Of a stretch of DNA of 10,855 nt, positions 7,636 to 10,855 are shown in pieces (position 1 is the first letter of the stretch; every line of letters begins with the position of its first letter). The stretch lies in the IMG/VR virus record IMGVR_UViG_2537561727_000012; one strand, written 5' to 3'. Under the pieces are notes generated by a model that made no database searches, was not told the DNA's origin, and saw only the letters and a list, made by a program, of their open reading frames with translations. Both the position numbers and the translations under genes were made by a program. This stretch comes from a virus. Its lineage: Duplodnaviria > Heunggongvirae > Uroviricota > Caudoviricetes.

Positions 7636-7644
7636 GTTGTCCCC

Positions 7645-8817
7645 TTACGCGCTGACCTGGCTGGCAAAATTCACCAGGTACTGATCGGTGATGCGCTGGC
7701 GCAGCATCAGATTTTCAAGTGGCGGCACTGGCGTGTAGTCATAGTCGATGGTGAGTTTTCCGGCTTTCAACGTGTCTTTGTCGTTCACCGACTCATCCAG
7801 CCAGCAATCACCACCAATGAGATACCCCTGACTGACCAGGCTGCGCATTTTGGCGCGGATACCTTCGATAATGTCGCGAGCCAGCGACGGATTCAGCGGT
7901 TTGTCCACCGCCCACATGTGCGCTTCTGCCATCGTGTCCGTCAGTACCTGCGCGGTTCGGGTGTAGTTTTCGAAGGCAAAGAGCGGGTCATCACTCAGAC
8001 AGCGGGAACCCCAGAAGCGGAAACCGTCTTTGCGGATAAGCGTGGTAACGTCGTTCTGGTTAAGCAGACCTGCATCGGTTGCCGGGTCCTGCAGATCCCA
8101 GAACACATCAGCAGAAATTCCGGTGACACCGTTCACGCCCACGTTGGACAGGCTTTTGTGCCATCCGGTCTGCTCATCAATTTTGGCGCGCAGACCGAGC
8201 GCACGAGCAGTGGCATATGCCGTTGCTTCGGCATTCAGCACCGTGTCCCAGCCCGTAAAGTCAGGCCAGATCAGCATCCCTTCGCGCTGGCTGAAGTTTT
8301 CACGGTAAGTGATCGCCTCCTGTACCGTCTTGCAGCCATACGCTGACAGGTAAGCAAACCCACGCAGGCTTTGCGCCACGCTCAGCAACTCAGTCGCAAC
8401 GGCTTTGTTATCGTGGCCTGGCACGCCGAGAATGCGCGGTTTAACGCCGAGCTGTGTCTGGGCAGATAACAGGGCTTTCATGCCTGTTTTTTTACCTTCA
8501 GCAGTCACTGCGCCGATGATATTGGTCGTGGTTTCTTCTTCCGTTTCACCCTGCGGCACACGCACAACAACGGTCACGGGTTTTGCCTGGTCAGCGATGG
8601 CATCCAGCGAACGGGCCAGCGTGCCGGACTCACCCGCTTTACCGCTGGCAGTCAGCACATCAGTGATCAGCACGGGTTTATTAAGAGGAAACATTTTTGC
8701 ATCGGCATCATCGCCCGTGCAGACCATACCCACGATGGCGGTGCTCACCGTGGTAATGGATCGGGTGCCTTCGTTGATTTCAACAACGCGCACCCCGTGG
8801 TGGTAATCCTGAGCCAT
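7645..8817 (-). CDS. FI: Contractile tail sheath protein (gpFI family)
   Basis: 390-aa ORF ([25 protein letters not shown]...) with an AGGAGG Shine-Dalgarno 8-13 nt upstream of the ATG; first gene of the FI-FII-E-T-U-D block. Confidence 0.9.
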   Translation of the reverse strand: MAQDYHHGVRVVEINEGTRSITTVSTAIVGMVCTGDDADAKMFPLNKPVLITDVLTASGKAGESGTLARSLDAIADQAKPVTVVVRVPQGETEEETTTNIIGAVTAEGKKTGMKALLSAQTQLGVKPRILGVPGHDNKAVATELLSVAQSLRGFAYLSAYGCKTVQEAITYRENFSQREGMLIWPDFTGWDTVLNAEATAYATARALGLRAKIDEQTGWHKSLSNVGVNGVTGISADVFWDLQDPATDAGLLNQNDVTTLIRKDGFRFWGSRCLSDDPLFAFENYTRTAQVLTDTMAEAHMWAVDKPLNPSLARDIIEGIRAKMRSLVSQGYLIGGDCWLDESVNDKDTLKAGKLTIDYDYTPVPPLENLMLRQRITDQYLVNFASQVSA

Positions 8818-8893
8818 AGCGGCGAACCTCCTGATTGGATTAGGCTTCGCCCTATGTTGAAGTGATTGTGCCCGACAAACAGCTAAGTGTAGT

Positions 8894-8911
8894 TGTACAG
8901 TTATTCACACA
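8894..8911 (-). promoter_or_regulatory. Candidate Ogr-responsive late promoter element (TGT-N12-ACA dyad) upstream of FI
   Basis: Minus-strand TGTGTGAATAACTGTACA ends 76 nt upstream of the FI ATG. P2-family late promoters carry a TGT-N12-ACA activator site centred near -55; spacing here is compatible if transcription starts about 25-30 nt before the ATG. Confidence 0.35.
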
Positions 8912-8959
8912 AAATGACGGTATTTGTCTACTTGCAGGGATAATCAAAATTATGCTGAT

Positions 8960-9526
8960 TCAGGGGGATTCACTGCTCTTATTTGCCGGAAATTTTCTAT
9001 AAATGGTAGAAACGCCCACATCAAAAATCAGTGCAATACGCTGTCTTGATTCTCCGGCCTCTAGTAAACGTCCAATCTGTGCCCACTGTTCGGTGGTCAA
9101 CTTAGGACGGCGTCCACCTACTCTGCCTTTGTCGCGAGCTGCAGCAATCCCCGCTCTGGTACGTTCAACTATCAGTTCGCGTTCCATTTCAGCCAGGGCA
9201 CCCATGACATGAAAAAAGAAACGGCCCATTGGGGTACTGGTATCAATACTGTCAGTCAGGCTTCGGAAATTCACGCCACGCTGGCGCAACTCTTCTATCA
9301 GCGTAACAAGATGCCGCATACTGCGTCCCAACCTGTCCAGCTTCCAGACAACCAGCGTGTCTCCTGCCGATAGTGTCCTGAGTAGTTTTTTCAGCCCCGG
9401 TCTGTCGGACTTAGTGCCACTGATTTTGTCCTCAAAAATCCGCTCACATCCCGCGCAGTTCAGTGCATTACGTTGCAAATCGGTGTTCTGGTCATTTGTT
9501 GACACGCGTACATAGCCAATAAGCAT
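8960..9526 (-). CDS. Serine DNA invertase (Hin/Gin/Pin/Cin family)
   Basis: Translation from the third Met (MLIGYVRVSTNDQNTDLQRNAL...GDTLVVWKLDRLGRSM...C-terminal HTH) closely resembles e14 Pin and Mu Gin, with the catalytic Ser in YVRVSTNDQ. The ORF-track start at 9532 adds MI; the 9526 ATG has the better Shine-Dalgarno spacing. Confidence 0.9.
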   Translation of the reverse strand: MLIGYVRVSTNDQNTDLQRNALNCAGCERIFEDKISGTKSDRPGLKKLLRTLSAGDTLVVWKLDRLGRSMRHLVTLIEELRQRGVNFRSLTDSIDTSTPMGRFFFHVMGALAEMERELIVERTRAGIAAARDKGRVGGRRPKLTTEQWAQIGRLLEAGESRQRIALIFDVGVSTIYRKFPANKSSESP

Positions 9527-9553
9527 GATCATTCCCCTGAATAAAAACCGGAG

Positions 9554-10087
9554 ATGATGCCAGTTAGCTGTTACCTCTGCATTTTCTTAAACGTTGGTTT
9601 GGGAGAAGGCTCTGCATTACCTGTTGGTGTGCCTGTTCCGTGGCCTTCCGCCACTCCGCCGACAGGCTGGCTGAAATGCAATGGTGCGGCTTTTTCTGCT
9701 GAAGAATACCCGGAACTGGCAAAGGCTTACCCGACAAATAAATTGCCTGATTTACGCGGTGAGTTTATTCGTGGCTGGGATGACGGACGTGGAGTGGATA
9801 ACGGAAGGGGATTATTAACGCTTCAGGACGGTGCGATTGTCAGTCATAACCACTATTGGGGAATCTGGACTTCACGAACTAACGACCAGACTCTGGAAAG
9901 TTTTACAGGCACCACGATTTTAAAACAAATCACGCCCCTGTCTCCGGCCATTGACTTCGATAATTACCCAATTCCCAACCCGGCTATTACAGAGGGTGGT
10001 GTTGTTGCGGCAACGACTAAACCTGCAGGTGCGAATGAAACACGCCCACGAAATGTCGCTTTTAACTATATTGTGAGGGCTGCATAA
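9554..10087 (+). CDS. Tail-fibre C-terminal variable segment, alternative (currently silent) cassette
   Basis: The translation (…PVGVPVPWPSATPPTGWLKCNGAAFSAEEYPELAKAYPTNKLPDLRGEFIRGWDDGRGVDNGRGLL…RPRNVAFNYIVRAA) is typical of the receptor-binding C-terminus of Mu S / P2 H-type fibres. It is on the opposite strand to the late operon and has no constant N-terminal part, so the first ~18 codons of the ORF (spanning the crossover site) are probably not native. It would be fused to the constant part after inversion. Confidence 0.7.
   Translation: MMPVSCYLCIFLNVGLGEGSALPVGVPVPWPSATPPTGWLKCNGAAFSAEEYPELAKAYPTNKLPDLRGEFIRGWDDGRGVDNGRGLLTLQDGAIVSHNHYWGIWTSRTNDQTLESFTGTTILKQITPLSPAIDFDNYPIPNPAITEGGVVAATTKPAGANETRPRNVAFNYIVRAA
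9582..9607. other. Candidate invertase crossover site (hix/gix/pix-like 26-bp imperfect palindrome)
   Basis: TTTTCTTAAACG-TT-GGTTTGGGAGAA has the AAAC(C)-nn-GGTTT centre of Din-family sites. It lies between the invertase start and the beginning of the fibre variable segment, the position gixR occupies in Mu. Confidence 0.4.
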
Positions 10088-10689
10088 TGAATAACGCAGA
10101 ATTAAACAGTGAATTAATTGCCACTATGGCAGGAGAAATTACTGTTTATAACTTTGATGTCATGAGTCGGGAATATATTTCAGCTTCAACTGAATATCTT
10201 GCTATTGGTGTCGGCATTCCGGCATATTCCTGTTTAGATGCCCCAGGCGCATACAAAGCTGGTTATGCAATCTGCCGATCTGCAGATTTTAACTCATGGG
10301 AATATGTGCCAGACCATCGCGGTGAAATCGTCTTTAGCACCGAAACAGGAGAATCAAAAGAAATCACAGCTCCGGGTGATTACCCTGATAATACAACCAC
10401 TATCGCCCCGTTAACGCCATACGATAAATGGGATGGTGAGAAATGGGTGACAGATACTGAGGCACAGCATAATGCCGCAGTAGACGCGGCAGAAGCACTG
10501 CGCCAGTCACTTATTGATGCAGCAATGGCTTCCATTAGTCTGATTCAACTGAAACTACAGGCCGGACGGAAGCTGACGCAGGCAGAAACCACCCGACTTA
10601 ACGCTGTGCTGGATTACATTGACGCGGTGACGGCAACAGATACCAGCACCGCGCCGGATGTCATCTGGCCTGAACTGCCGGAGGCGTAG
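10087..10689 (+). CDS. Tail fibre assembly protein (Tfa / Mu U / P2 G family), alternative cassette
   Basis: 200-aa ORF whose ATG overlaps the stop of the fibre segment (TAATG). The conserved N-terminal part and variable C-terminus are typical of tail-fibre assembly chaperones. Confidence 0.85.
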   Translation: MNNAELNSELIATMAGEITVYNFDVMSREYISASTEYLAIGVGIPAYSCLDAPGAYKAGYAICRSADFNSWEYVPDHRGEIVFSTETGESKEITAPGDYPDNTTTIAPLTPYDKWDGEKWVTDTEAQHNAAVDAAEALRQSLIDAAMASISLIQLKLQAGRKLTQAETTRLNAVLDYIDAVTATDTSTAPDVIWPELPEA

Positions 10690-10855
10690 GCCATTCAATA
10701 TCTGGCGCACTGGAGGAATCAACCAGTTCCAGTGCGTCCAGATAATCCAGCCACAAATTATATTGCGCCAGTTCATCATCTTTCAGACGACCAATAGCGG
10801 CTTTACCGGGCCATTGCTTACTGTTCATGTATTCGTTGGCCTGGTTAATTAGTAG
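10661..10855 (-). CDS. Tail fibre assembly protein, second copy in opposite orientation (3' part only; 5' end beyond window)
   Basis: The minus-strand frame reads …LLINQANEYMNSKQWPGKAAIGRLKDDELAQYNLWLDYLDALELVDSSSAPDIEWPTPPAVQAR-stop, a characteristic Tfa C-terminus. It converges on the plus-strand tfa and overlaps its 3' end by 29 nt (10661..10689), as for U/U' at the centre of the Mu G segment. Confidence 0.7.
   Translation of the reverse strand, partial: LLINQANEYMNSKQWPGKAAIGRLKDDELAQYNLWLDYLDALELVDSSSAPDIEWPTPPAVQAR

Larger units (their letters stand above)
1061..10855. mobile_element. P2-like (Fels-2-like) prophage, ogr-proximal end; continues beyond the right window edge
   Basis: Contiguous P2-type order FI-FII-E/E'-T-U-D-ogr on the minus strand, ending next to the ssrA 3' end (a known integration target). 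An invertase plus invertible tail-fibre cassette lies upstream of FI. The exact left boundary within about 1040..1110 cannot be fixed without the other att copy. Confidence 0.85.

Noticed and set aside
7141-8806. Plus-strand ORFs opposite FII and FI (7141..7617, 7918..8346, 8030..8308, 8405..8806) and minus-strand 7251..7532
   Set aside because: They overlap the tail tube and sheath genes out of frame or antisense. The conserved FI/FII translations explain the coding signal.
10555-10852. ORFs 10555..10779 (-) and 10658..10852 (+) at the right edge
   Set aside because: Both are in the wrong frame relative to the two convergent tail-fibre assembly genes, whose conserved C-terminal motifs identify the real frames.
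1061-10855. Possibility that this is an R-type tailocin cluster rather than a prophage
   Set aside because: The presence of ogr, the E/E' frameshift cassette and an invertase-switchable fibre, in the exact P2 order and at an ssrA integration site, fits a P2-like prophage end better. Head and lysis genes would lie beyond the window, so this cannot be fully excluded from this window alone.
1-10855. CRISPR arrays, IS elements, integrase
   Set aside because: No regularly spaced direct repeats, no transposase-like ORFs with terminal inverted repeats, and no tyrosine recombinase ORF were seen anywhere in the window.

Overview
The window runs from host core genes into the ogr-proximal end of a P2-like (Fels-2-like) prophage that begins immediately after ssrA. 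Host part: smpB (1..483) and an intact tmRNA gene ssrA (698..1060). Prophage part, all on the minus strand reading towards ssrA: tail sheath FI, tail tube FII, E with a frameshifted E+E' product, tape measure T, U, D and the late activator Ogr. Upstream of FI lies a Pin/Gin/Hin-family invertase and part of an invertible tail-fibre segment (a silent fibre C-terminal cassette plus two convergent tail-fibre assembly genes). The most interesting item is a small AT-rich cargo gene (1184..1666) wedged between ssrA and ogr. I read it as an N-terminal WYL-like domain fused to a C-terminal BRCT-like domain; its function is unknown and it may be a defence, anti-defence or regulatory moron. All homology calls are from reading the translations by eye; no searches were run. 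No integrase, head or lysis genes, and no CRISPR array, are present in the window.
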